Of a stretch of 64,000 nt of DNA, positions 38,440-51,590 are shown piece by piece. The notes under the pieces are model-generated. The model made no database searches. It was not told the origin of the DNA and saw only the letters and a program-made list of their open reading frames with translations. The translations under genes and the position numbers were made by a program. Position 1 is the first letter of the stretch. Every line of letters begins with the position of its first letter. Location: the NCBI GenBank assembly GCA_012026655.1, contig JAAILG010000769.1, positions 1-64,000 of the forward strand. Reading direction: 5' to 3'. The DNA comes from Hydrolagus affinis. Taxonomy: Eukaryota.

Positions 38440-39512
38440 CCAAGCTACAATTAAAGCATGTGGAATTGGAGACAATCTTGTTGCATGGACAGGAAATTAA
38501 TTAGGAAGCAGGAGGAAAACATTAGAGCTAGGGAGTATGAGACATTTCCTGATTGGGGGTGGGGGGGCTGACATATGGTATCCCCAAAGATCAGTGTTAG
38601 AGCCATAGATTTTCATACTTTTTAAAAAAAATTCGATTGGATTATAGGAATAGAGGGAAATGTATCCAAGTTTGCTGAAAACACTAAGTCAAGAGATGTA
38701 ATCAATTGTGAAGAGAACGGAAATTTTCACAAGGACAAAGATTGATCAAGTGAATATGTGGAACTGTGCTAGATGGAGTTCAGAATAGGGAGGTGTGAAA
38801 TAGTACATATTGGACATATGTATGATATTTGGGAATGTAACCTCTGTGGGAAAGCACCGGGGTGCTGTTGATGAAGATGGAGTTCAGAGGTCCAAGCTCA
38901 TAAGTCATTCTCATCCTGTTTGTTGATGCAAAAGACAGTCAAAAAGCTTATAGGCTGGCATAATTTTTTTTAATGAATAGAAAAGCAAGGAAATATTGAT
39001 GCTGTTGTACAGCACCCTGGTCAGACCTCATTTAAAGTGTTCAAGTTTGATCCCTCAACCTCAAGAAGGATATACTAACCTTGGAGGACACTAAGCATTG
39101 ATTTCACCAATTTCATAACTGGAATGGAGGAGTTTATCTTTAATCAGAGACAGGGCAAACTGGTGTTGTATTTAGAGCTAAGGAGGTTAAGGGGTGATCT
39201 GATTGAGGTGTTTCAAATAATTGTCCAAATAGTCCAAAACAAGGGGAAATCATTTGAAAATTTAAACTGAGATGCTTAGAGGCAAAATCAGAAGAATTTC
39301 TTCACATGATGGCTTACCAGAATGTGAAATGGAATAAGTCTGAAGGTCATTGATGCAGAATCCATATTTAAAAGGGAGTAGGTAGTTTGGGAAGTAAGTA
39401 AGGGCATTAAGAGAAATGGAAAAAAGGCATCTTAAAGATTGAAAGATCTGCCACTATTTTTGTTCAGAAAGTAGAGTTGGCTCGACAGATTGAAAAGTTC
39501 CTATCTTCCTAT
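38440..39512 (+). mobile_element. Degraded CR1 LINE, RT region to 3' end
   Basis: Decayed RT motifs ggtatccccaaagatcagtgttagagcc (GVPQGSVLGP-like) and tccaagtttgctgaaaacactaag (SKFADDTK-like), plus ccctggtcagacctcat and aggttaaggggtgatctgattgaggtgtt. Confidence 0.8.
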
Positions 39513-40342
39513 TGGGCAGTAAGGCTGGCAGAAGTAAGCAAACAAGTTACCGTTGTATTAGTGGAAGCCTATAATACATGCCAAACTCCTTTGATTTGTT
39601 AAAATCTGCTGCAGTGCTGCCAAGGTACATAGAGACTTGTACACAGTTTTGTTGAATTATTGATGGCGAGTTGTTTCTCATAGATTACCAGTGATTATCG
39701 TAGCCAAGTGAAGGCCCTTAATCACATCAAAATAATCTCTGAACTCGAGATCCATTCTGCATTACATCCTAAATGCACACTTCTAACCGTAAAACCTAGT
39801 GTATTTTTTTTACAATCCAAATGTTGTAAAGGTCAGGTAACTTCCTCCATTTACCCTACATCAAGGTGCAGTCCCTATTGCAAGCGGTTATTGTTGGTTT
39901 TGACACCACTTAAAGCGAATCAGATTCCGATGTTATTTCTAACTGTGTCATCGCCAGTTACATTCGGTGGTGTGTACGCAGGCATACATGAGCCGCAGGC
40001 TGGAACTGAACGACCGGCAAAACAAACAATACCCTACAAAACAAAATCTTGGTTGTGCTCCATAACTTGGTGGTGAATATTTGGAGCCTTCAAATCAAAT
40101 CTCTACATCACAGGCTCCAGAGTGCTGGCAGCAACTTACCAACCGAATGTCTTGTCAATGTTTTATTGCCCACAGGCAGAAGGCACCGTGATATGTATGT
40201 GTGTGTGTTTGGGTGGAGATGGGAGTGGGGGAGGGAGGGGGGAAATGAACTGGATTCTTAATTGCCCCATTGCCGCACAATGACTGGCTGGTGTAAATCG
40301 AGTTAATGCCGTGGCTGTGTGTGACTTTAGATTTCCACTTAC

Positions 40343-40470
40343 CTGTATTCTGAGCCCACACATCACAAGGTTGGGAATTAAACAATCGACAGGAAGAACA
40401 AATAAAAGGTAAACAACAAGCTTTGGCTTCCGTTTGACAGGAATCCATAGCAACTGGAACAACATGATAC
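40343..40470 (-). ncRNA. Candidate 128-nt exon of the miR-181 host transcript
   Basis: Perfect donor CAG|gtaagt; moderate acceptor ctctcatctccacaaagcag|G. Confidence 0.4.
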
Positions 40471-42392
40471 CTGCTTTGTGGAGATGAGAGCTTCACATGG
40501 ACAGTAATGGGTTGCAACGGGGGAAGTTGGAGAGGTGTGTCAAAATACAACCACAAGCCGCCTTGGTTCAGATGTTATGTTTAATCGCTTGTGAACTACC
40601 CAGACCCAACCAAATGTGCAGTACAAAACAGGCTCACTTTATTCCAAGTCAATCGAATAAGATTTTTTTTATTCCCACCGCCCCCCATTTGCACTCATCG
40701 CCAGTCTTAAGGGCTGGGGAAGACATTTGTCAAAGTTTCTACAGCAGATCCGTTATAAACTTGTTACAAGTCTTCTATAAAATATTTGACTGTATCTTAT
40801 TTTCATTCAACACCCAAGGGCGAGAGTTGTTATCTTAATTGATGCATTCCCTCAGACAATCTGGTATCCATTTGAATAAATCTGTTCTGACACGTGAAAG
40901 AAACAAGTTCATTTTCATCTGATCACTTTTGAGTAGCTGGAGGGTGACTGGAATCTATCTGAATGGCTCTCCAGCAAGCCTTAGTTGAATAACCACCCCC
41001 CAACTCGTCCAATCTAGTTGCCTCTATAGCAGAGGAGAGCACATTTTTATGCCGAGAACGGGGAGAAGACTGGGTTCAGGGAAGGTTAAAAACCTATTTG
41101 ATATGAAATCTTGACGCAGCGAAGAGGCCTCTCCTGATTAAATAGAAGTAGCTGGGTCTCCAGATAGGATGATTGATCTGAGCAATGTGTTCCTGCTGAA
41201 ACTGCTCTTATGAGGCAAGTTGTTTGAACATGTTCTGGAGTCCTGGACCAAAGGGGGCTCACAATTGTAAAATGGATGTCTGCACATCCTCTTCCTTTCA
41301 TGTTTAAAGCATCCTCTTTTGTTTGCTGAGGATGGGAAACTCCCAACACGGAACAGTGGTCAAAGCATGAGAATTACTGTTAACTCAGTAGGATAAAAAA
41401 AAAGCTGAAGGAATAGATCGAATGGAATCTCCTTGTGAACAAGGGAGGGGAACAGGATGTAAAGCAGCTGGAGGGTGTGAAGCTTGTAAAAGAGTCCCCC
41501 GAACCCTTATTGCATCTTAAAATCAGACACAGAGGATTTGCTGGCTGGGTTCAGTAATATTCTGTTCTCAGAGAGTGGGCTAAATGGTGGCATCTTCAAT
41601 TTACTCGTCTTTGGCAGCTGGTTTAGCTGCTGCAACCAGAGAAAAGCTATCATTAGGATTATGGCTTTGAAACTGCCCGAGTTTCTTATCCTCTGCACCT
41701 ATAATCCTCAAGTATCAGTCTGTCTGACCACTTGACAGGATAATTTATATATACTGTATATATATATATCAAAATGACAGCTTAAAATATGCAGCGCATT
41801 TCCTACAGAAGAGATGGAAATAAAAGCAAATCTGCCAAATGCTCACCAAGACAAAGGGGGGTAATCATTGATAATGGGGAAGGGAGGGGAGGTGGGGGAA
41901 GACACACACACACACACGAATAATAACAAAGATTTGCAGTCAAGGCATTGTTGTTCTGCGGTCTATAAATAGAAGTGAATCATTATACTCGGGCTCCAAT
42001 CTGCTCCCAAATCCTTTCATGTCAGGCAGAATGTGTTTTGGGAGAGAATTTGGGGGTGGGGGGGGGATCGAAAAAATTAAAGACCGCTTTCTAATGAAAT
42101 GTATATATCCTTGTACATGACACCGATAGTGACCCCAGAGTCCTGGTAAGTGTGTGTGTGGTGTGTGTGTTTCTCTCGCAACATTGAACACCTCTGATGG
42201 CTTTATTTTTGGTGGAGGTGGTGGTGGGGTGGGTAACTAGGCTGTACAGTTCAGCACCTGGTTTGTGGTAGACACGTTAAAGCAACCGTAAATAGCAATT
42301 AAGAGCAGCCGTACAGTTACAGTGCAGCGTGCAGCGAAATCGGACGTTCCAGTTGAAGGAGGGTTTCGATTTGGGTCAGGAAAATGGCTTAC

Positions 42393-42579
42393 CTCCCATC
42401 GTTTCCTACTTTCCCAGCCCGGCCACACTAATCTGCGTGTCTCTGCCTCGGGGTGAACACGTTGCATAATGTGCCTCATCTACCCCGATGCCGGAGAGAG
42501 CCGACAATGATGTCTTCAGTCACGTTGCCGTCACGCTCGGTTGGATCGCTGACCCCCAAACCGCAGAGACACGAGTGGG
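42393..42579 (-). ncRNA. Candidate 187-nt CpG-rich exon of the miR-181 host transcript
   Basis: Acceptor ttgtttttcctacag|C and donor GAG|gtaagc, inside a CpG-rich region, same strand as the miRNAs. Confidence 0.5.
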
Positions 42580-42756
42580 CTGTAGGAAAAACAACCGAAA
42601 GCGATGTGTCAGAACACATTCCTGTAATTTCCTGCCGCATTAAATTAATTAATAAAGCGCTGTCCCCTTGAATGTGCATCCATCACCCTGCGACTTCACC
42701 TGTGAAGCTCACATCTTGACTGCTGTGATGTAGTCACTACACTCCCAAGATGTTAC

Positions 42757-42826
42757 CATATAGTATATACTGTACTATATATAATATATATATATACACA
42801 CGGTATATATATATATATATATATAA
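42757..42826. repeat. Imperfect (TA)n microsatellite
   Basis: Directly visible. Confidence 0.9.
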
Positions 42827-42989
42827 ATCCAAGTTGACGTTGTTTGTTACCTCGATATATAGAGGCTTACAATTTGAGAGATACTGTACTCATAAGCGCT
42901 AAACACAGTTCTGGTTCGTTGGTTTGGCCCTTTCAGTTACCAAATAAAAACTATTTAATGTGATAGGGGCTTCCTTCAAGTGTTTTAAT

Positions 42990-43089
42990 NNNNNNNNNNN
43001 NNNNNNNNNNNNNNNNNNNNNNNNNNNNNNNNNNNNNNNNNNNNNNNNNNNNNNNNNNNNNNNNNNNNNNNNNNNNNNNNNNNNNNNNN
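42990..43089. other. Assembly gap (100 N)
   Basis: Run of N. Confidence 1.
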
Positions 43090-46000
43090 GTTTGAACTAT
43101 TTGCTTTTGTCTCTTTATTCCCTCTGAGTCATGTCTTGCCAAGTGTTCTGTGTTGCTAAGACGGTAGGGGAGGGAAGGAGGGAGGGAGAGACAGACAGAC
43201 AGACAGGGAGGGAGAGAGTCGTTTTTTCAGCTTCTCCCAAACCCTGATATTTCTGTCAACTCAGGAAGATTCAAAAGGGGCTAAGGAAAGGGGGGATATA
43301 CGCGTACATTGCCACTTATGAATCATAACTCCCAGACTCTCCGAGCGCTGTTTAGATTATAAGAGGACTTAAATGGTTTACTGGTCCAGGGAAGTTATCT
43401 TTTGTGTAATCAATTAGGGCAGTGGATGTGTGTAAAAAAAATATCTGGAAAGTTCTCTTGAGAAACCTGTAAGAAAGAACCAGCAACACAACTGCAGAAC
43501 AGTCATAAAGCAACAAAGAAATTAAGTTTTAAATCCAGCGCCTTGAGTGTGAAACGAATACAGCTCCTGCCCTATACAGTACAATGTAAATCGTCTGATC
43601 GTTTGGCCTCAAATCTGTGCTCGAGGCTTGCTCTTTAAATCGCTGATTTTTTTTTTTTTTTGGGGGGGGGTGTTCTTTGTCTACTACTTTCTTCCTGCTC
43701 CTCTCTCTTCGTGTTCCAACGCCAGCAATATCTTGGCAGAAGCCAATCCCCCTGAGTTGCTGCCGCGGCTTCACCGCCTCCTTTGGGCGGCATCTCCATT
43801 CGTTGAGTTACCAACAAACCGTTAATTAATCAATGTGACGGATGCGGGGAGCGAAGGGTTCTTTTGATAGCTCGCCACTGAAACTGGGCAACCCAAGAAG
43901 ATCACAATACAGTCAGTGGGAAAAGGAACGGCTTATTGCAATAATTAGTAACCGATGCGACTGACAAGTCCAACCACCCAAACTTCCAAATGACAGTACA
44001 TACATTCTCTGAATGCTGATACTCTCAGATGTACGAACTCTCCCCACTTTCTCCCCCCCCCCCCCCTCTCTCTCTCACACACACACACTCTCCCTCACAC
44101 ACACTCCCTCCACCCATTAACTCTCCAATCCCCGGCTGCCATTGACTCGAACCCTCCTCTCATTCGAAAGTGGGAATAAATGAGGCTGGGCTCACATCAC
44201 TGTCTCAAATGAGAAATGTGAATGGTTGAGAAACCTGATTTGAGTAGACACGAGAAGTCTGCGAGAAAGCAGACGTGAGAGTAAAGCTCTTTGCTGCTCT
44301 GCAGTGTCTGCACTAACGTACACCATAACCTCGCAGAATTATAAAGGATTCATCCATTAGGTTCAGAATCTTTCAGTTTGCACTGAGATGGCGCTTTCCC
44401 GTGGCAGGAATATCGTGATGCTGTGAATTAATTCCATGAAACACACTATCTGAATAGACCAATGAACTCAGTTGCAAGTGCTCTTTAATCTTGTGATAAG
44501 AAGGGAGCGGGAGATTATTTTATATGGAGGGGTGGGGGTGATGGACGACTTGCCCTTTGAAGACCATATGATTTTTGCACAAAATATTCTGGAATTTCAT
44601 GCATGTGAATTCTCTCTGCAACATTCAAGTGATGAGCAGGAAACCAGTTTTTCAGATGTTGTTTGATGTTGTTGGAGATTCTGCTTGTATCATAGCTATA
44701 TATATATATATAAAAAAGAGCCAGGCAAGATCGAATTACACCGTAATGCTCTTGTTTGCGAAAGCCACATTTCAAAATATTGGATATGAAATTCTATGAT
44801 TAAAAGATTGCATTTGCATCATTTTTTGGGGGGGGGGAATGAACCATTGATATTATGCACTTATGAAATCCTGATGTTTCTAAGGAAACATATTCTCCCT
44901 CGGGTGCAATGACTGTGCTACTCGAATCATGTTTTTCCAAGATCCTGTTCCCTCCCCCTCCTCCCTCCCTCCCTTCCTCCTCATGGTTGCAGATGGGTGG
45001 CTAATTTTCATAATTAGCGTAGGTTTTCTATACAGATGAATTATGTCGGTGTTTAAATCAAACTATTTCATGAATCCTAAGTGTTCGTGACTGTTCCTGT
45101 CCAGACTAGTTAAGTCAACCCCCCCTCTCCTCAGCTACATTTGACTAAACCGAGTGTTACTCGTGCTGTCAGATTCTCTGGCATGGAGGCACGCACTTCA
45201 ATATTTGGATGTCTTAACTATCTGGTTAATCTATTTAACCAGACGGTGGGTGACTTTGAATGGCATTAAACCCTGGCTACCTGGGCCGATAGAGATCAGC
45301 ACCGTCTACAATCCATGGCGATAGTCTCGTAGTGTAGCCAGCTCTCCGGTGAAGGATTCTAAGGCTGTCCCTACATGTCTCTGGATGAGTTTTTTTTCCA
45401 TTCATTCCACCGAATGCTTTGGTCTGAAACATTCACGCTGAATGAGATTTGCTCCCTTAAGCCGCCCACCGCTTGCAGAATAAGAGAGGAAACTGCAGGG
45501 TATTTATGGCACGAGTTAATCGTAATAAATGTGCCTTTTTGTACATTGTACCTGGTTCAAATCTCTGTGATGTTTGTAGGCACGGCTGTTGCCACCTGTT
45601 AGGGTGATTGTCAGATCCAACGATTGTACAGCCCTACTTCAGCAATTGTAGTAATATTTTTTACAAAAAAGAGATTAGATTAAGCGGTCACACACACGCG
45701 TTTGCATACTTGATAAGTCTTAGTTTTTAAAGCCAAATCATCTCTTTTAATATTTTTGAACCAAAGTAAAGTAATAAAAAAAAGGATGTCTTCAGTTAAG
45801 GGACCGATTGTCTGCAGTACATTAAGTTTGGAGATGACACAGCTCCACTTCATAGACTGATTGATCGTTTCATTGTATAAAATAATACACTGGAAATGTC
45901 TTCAGCTGCTCATTGCCTGGGCCAGAATGGACTACTGGACGATTCTCCCTTTGTGCCGTTTTGCTCAAGTACAAAAAGTCACATTTATTACAATTAACTT

Positions 46001-49000
46001 GTACCATAAATAGCCTGCAGTTCCAGCAAGTTGTGTTTTTTTTAGTAAAAATCATTGTTGCAGTAAAATCATTGACTGCCATACATTTGGAGAAATGGGT
46101 GACATTATATGACGTGTAACTTTGTGTGCTATCCATCATTCCTGAACATTAGAGATAGAGAGAGAGCGAGAGCTATGATGTTTGGGCAACACAATAAAAA
46201 GGGTCTGGATATTTCATGAAAACCCACAGGAAGGAAATTTCCCTCAGAAAGACTGCACTTGCACACGCAGGAATGTATGTTTTTCTACGCTGTACTTGCA
46301 TTTTGGGTGAACCAAACACACACACACAGAGCCTCACAAATTGCCCCGAGAGTTTCCTCCTTTGCCAAATCTAAATTGAAATTAAGCTTGGCAGTTCAGC
46401 AGCAAATTTGCCTACAGGTTTGCCTGCAAAATACACAAGACACTGCACTACAGAGTCTATCATTGTGAAGCGTGTTGAGTCATCCTGTTGGTATGAAAGC
46501 ACAAATAATACCAAATGTCGGGATGAAACTTTATACTTGACCCAAATGGGATCCTCCCGGCGTTTTCCAGCACTGGGCTTCCCTGACAAAACACAACAAA
46601 TCTTCTCGTGTATTCTTTGCCAAAGTGACACTAACCTTGATGATTAAGGGAAGAGACTGAAGGTCAAGTCCATCAATGTCTGGTCTTTATTTTGCTACTC
46701 GTGAACTTGGTGGCCATTGTCTCCATTCCAGTCACATCTAAAAAGACTTTAGGTTTCCATTTCTTCTCATTCCTGTGTTTGTTTGTTTTTGTAACTTGTT
46801 ACCAGTCCGAGAGAGAGAGAGATGGAGCGAGTTCTCTCCGTGCCGACTGCCACTGCATCATTGAGTCAAGTTGCAAAAGTGTATCCTCAAAAATAAGATT
46901 CATTCTGGCCAAGCCAACCTATCTATCTAAATGGGGTGGGGGGGGTGGGGGGTCATTCACTGTCCCATTCAGTCCAGGCGACACAAGTCATAACCTAACT
47001 TCAATGTAAATACCTCAGCACAATAAACCTTTTATATAGTAAAGTACAGAAGCTTTGATGAAGGGGGTAATCGCGTTGATCTGCAAATAGCAATGAGGGC
47101 CACCCTTAGTAATGCTACAGAAGAAAATGTACTTTGTTCCATTATGAGCCCTTAGCATGCCAAGAAATGCGACTTCGTGAACAGTAAATTCGAAACAAAC
47201 CTTATCGGCTATTCTTTCTGATTGATAGCACACGAAGCCTCTCGGGGGGAGGGGGTGGGATTTCAAGCCGAAGAACTGTGGACTGAATCACAGAAGTGAC
47301 CGAGGGGATGTTCCAATGCAGGGAAAAGAAAACATTGGTTGTGATGTATTGCACCTCTGAAGCTCAAGGGAAAATATTTTATTTCTTAGGACCACAGGCT
47401 GTAACTTGCAGTTCTCTGTGGCCTCACACTTACTCCATTGTTAACCGCCTGCAAGGGAGTCAGATGCATTGCTTTGTATCCATAATTATTTATTTTTTTG
47501 GTCGGGGAGGGGGGTGGGGGTGGTGGGGGGTGATATTTTTCAGCTGCACTTTGAAAGAGTTTCATTATGTGCGCCTTCCAGATACCCAAAGCCTTTGTTT
47601 AATTCCAGCAGCATTTTCTTGTGCATTTTTAATTCGTCCCATCTCGACCCTGACAAAGCGAGTGTATTTAGCAAAGCAGTAAGTATCACTTCAACCTGGG
47701 ATCAAATGACTTCAGTCGATTTAATTCATTAACTAATCTAAGGTTAGCAAAGAGGGAAAAATTGTATGTCCTCGAGAGTGCGTTTAGCTAGTGGTATTCA
47801 AGATTTTAGTCCAAAGACTTAATAGATTTATACTACAGAAAAGGATCAGATATTAGGTGTTTGCAACCCTAAATTTAATCCCTATGATGTCGGATTATTT
47901 GAGAAATGAAGTAACGTGGAAACCTGCCTCAAAACCATCCCAATAATGCCGGGGTTTTTTGCACTCTTTCATTTCAGCTATAGTGCAACAATACAACCTC
48001 ACCAGCAAGGTGAACCAACCCCCACTAAAGTAGTCAAACTTGCCCAGTCCCTTTGCTGATGTTATGAGCCAGTTTCCATTGTACCAGGCTTGGGCAAAAC
48101 ATAGCCAATTGTGAGTATTTCAAGCTTTGCTAGTTGGAAGGAAAAACTGCGAACGTGTACCTCAAGGGCAGCAATGTATAAAGATCATCACGTCATCACA
48201 TTTTGCATGGCTGACTCCACTGTGACCTCTCCAAATTTGAACTTAGTCAATTCTATGAAAACAGGAACAGGAGGAGGCTGTTTGGATTTGGTCTCACCTT
48301 GGATTTATTAGTATGTGTATGTATGTATGTGTGTATATATATATATATATACTTGCAGTACACTTGGTTAGTTATTAAAGATGTTACATTTTTATGTATC
48401 CACAATTTAAGAGGAAGAAAGTGCACTATAGGTTTTTAATTTCTCACATTTTCAGTTGGTCAGAGGTCAAACATTGAAACAATTTTTGCACTGCTCCATG
48501 TCGTTCTGCCTCATGAGAAAGCTGGCTGGGAAAGAAAGAAGGTATTATACTGTGGCGCAAAGTATATTTTTATTAACCTTTGGAAGCCTGCGGGAAAAAA
48601 AATGTCGTTACAATATTTAGTTTCTTCGTAGAACACCGTGATAGAAATGCATTCTGTGATTCCATGCATTCTTCTGCTTCACAATATTCCATATTCAAAG
48701 CGTATGGTTAGCATTGCAGATGTTGTGTGATAGAAAACATGTGGCTACTCTGAAAGCTGCAAAGCACATTCTGTCTTCGCTGGATTAAAAGTGTAGATAT
48801 ATTTTCAAATAACCACAAATGTTGTGTTAAATGAAGCATAAGTGCATATATGACAGTTCTTACTGAACTTGAGAAAATGCACGCTTTTCACCAAAATAAA
48901 ATTGATATGAGAAATTATGTTTCCATTCAGGCATTATTGGCTATCTATTTTATTCTTTATCTGTTAAAAAAAATTGTTCCAAACAGGAACAGAAACAGTT

Positions 49001-50979
49001 GAAAGACATACACAAGTGGTTTCAGTTTAGGCCAGGTTCTGAGAGCAATTTTTTTAAAAAAACCTCACATAATTGGCTTGTTGCAAAATGATTATACATT
49101 CTCTTTCAGCTTAAACAACAGTATTTGCATAAGTAAAACGGTACAGCATTATCAATGAAATACATAAAGCTGGGCAACCAATTTTGCTCCTTTCTGCAAG
49201 ATTACAAACTAAATCCCCAAATAAGTACTTTCTGGCTTTGCAGACTGAATTTTATCTTTTAAAAGTCTAGATAATAGCTTTGAACCTTTCATTTGAGATG
49301 AATCAACCTGACCTTGCCTTTTCTCACTCAATAAATGGAACAAGCCTTGATCGACAAAAATCAATACTAATGCAGTGGTGTGAGTGCAGCAGTTTTTTTT
49401 CTCACACTGCTTATATTGTACATAATCTTTCTTTCGAATCATTTTGCATTTATAATATCTGCTGCTGCCAGCTCCAGCACAATGCTAAGAAAGGCTAGGG
49501 AGTTTGACTTACAATTTGTAATGTTAAAGAGTTGGATTTATAAGTTAATCAACATTTAATGAGAAATGCATCAGAAGAAAGGAGTTCATATATGCCTTGT
49601 ATCTGTTAAATAGTTGTAAAGGATTGATTCTCTGATAGAGCCTGACTTGGTTATTACATCACATCCATTTGTGTGTTCCTGTTGAAAGCAATAGGAGCAT
49701 AAGATAGCAGTAGGTTTCTGCACTGCCCTATGCTTATGGCTTTCAATAGGGGAAACAAAATTGCTGACAGAATACCATGTCTAGGCATTTCATTTAACAA
49801 AGCAATTGGCTGCTTTTAAACATAATTCACAAAAGCAGAGTGTGGAAAGCACTGTATTTTTTTTAAATCCATGATTCAATTACCAAACAACTGCATGCCG
49901 GTAGTATTAGATCACTTAACAGTAAAGCCGTTATCCACTTTGGTCTCAAAATGCCATTTCAAGAGCATAACCCCTTTTTCCTACATTTTGTTTGTTTTTA
50001 AAACAACAGTTAAGAATCCAATGTATAGTATTGACCAATTATTCTCTTCGTACAAACACCAATTAACTTCTCTTCAGTCCACATTTGGCAAGATAATTTT
50101 GCTAACGTTGACCCTCAAAATTGATTTGGAGGCATTTTGACTTTCCTCAAAATATTTCTTTGGCAAAATTGAAATTACTTTTTTAGGTATTTTTGCAATG
50201 AAAAGCTCGTACAGATGAACTCAATCTCAGTATTGTTGGTATTGCTCACATTTTTCCCACAGAATTTAAAATGGACTCACATGTTGGACAGTTAATTCTA
50301 TGATCCTTGCTGGATAAGCTTAGCTTCTTTTTGCTACACAAAATGCATTAACAGAAAATAAGCGACCACATATTTCTTTTGTAGGCCCATGTGCAGTAAA
50401 GAGGGTTGAGTTTAATTAAAACGCCTAATGCTCTTTAATTTTTACCGTACATTTCTTCATCAGAAGAAAACACTTCAGAAAGTAGAGTTAGCTTGTGGTT
50501 CTATTTAAGTAATTTTCCCGCTTCCAGCAACCCATTTCCTGTTGTTTTTGGTAAACTGCGGTACAAAGAGGTCAGGCTGACTAATACACTTGGTCATGCT
50601 CGTGCACTTATCTGTCGATTTTTTTTCAAAACAAATACTAGTTTCAAATCGGGTGTGGAGTACAAGATCTATAAAAGTGCTGAGTTCCACCTCTTGGCTT
50701 GCCAGAGGATACAATAACATATCTCAGTGCTGCACATATTTTCTTTCACTGACTTCTTAATCTTAGCCGTATCTTTTTATCTACTTGGTAAGGTCATCTT
50801 GTATTTAACTTGTTTAAGACCAATTTCCCTTGATATTTGATTTCAAAGTTCTTATTGTTAATTCAGTACATTGCTTCAACAATGAACATACACTGATGGC
50901 AACAATTATTTTCCTAAGAAAATGTTACTGTTAAAATATTTAATGTTGTTGATCTACTGGTGGATTGGTAGATACATGC

Positions 50980-51590
50980 TTTACATGGTACAGTGCTAAT
51001 CCATATAAACCAGAAGATCTCAGATTCAATCTCTGATTTGTGTTGAGTGATAAGATTATTGATGAAGGTGTATAATTGGCCTCAGAGATTAGGATAAGGG
51101 ATCTGAAATATCGGTTAGGGCTCTTAATTCTGACTGCTGTCTGGTGACCCTCAGTCAGTGTATGTGGGTTTACATTATGTGAAGTCTCGATTGGGCTTCA
51201 ACATTAACAAATGGTCTTTTCTTTCAGTCAAGGCATCTTCCACATACCATGTGGAATCCACGCAATGCCTTTAATAGTAATAATAATCCATGCATTTGAT
51301 ATAGCACCTTATCACGTCTTCAAGACGTCTCAAAACACTTCACAGAATGTACTATAAAGTGAATGGACTGTATATTTTGTGGGAGAAATGTGACAGCGAA
51401 TGCTCTCACCCCATAAGCCACAGAACTCCACAATAGGACTATTCAACCTGTTCAACAAGGTTAGATACATCCATCTTTTGAACAAGTACCAGAAGGTTTC
51501 TAAGGACATAGTGCCCATCAGGCCTCTTTATTGTCATTGGTGAAATCATACCCAGCAAGAATATCAACATTCAGGAGAGAAGAAACAATG
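50980..51590 (+). mobile_element. LF-SINE-like relic interrupted by an antisense SINE tail (51272-51390)
   Basis: ccatataaaccagaagatctcagattcaatctctgatttgtgttgagt..taattggcctcag..ctggtgaccc and the 3' end catacccagcaagaatatcaacattcaggagagaag follow LF-SINE motif order. Confidence 0.6.

Larger units (their letters stand above)
41950..44420 (-). promoter_or_regulatory. CpG-enriched region, probable promoter/5' end of the miR-181 host gene
   Basis: CpG clusters at 42.25-42.7 kb and 43.55-43.97 kb, microsatellite-rich, no interspersed repeats, directly upstream of the candidate exons. TSS not pinpointed; a gap interrupts the region. Confidence 0.45.
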
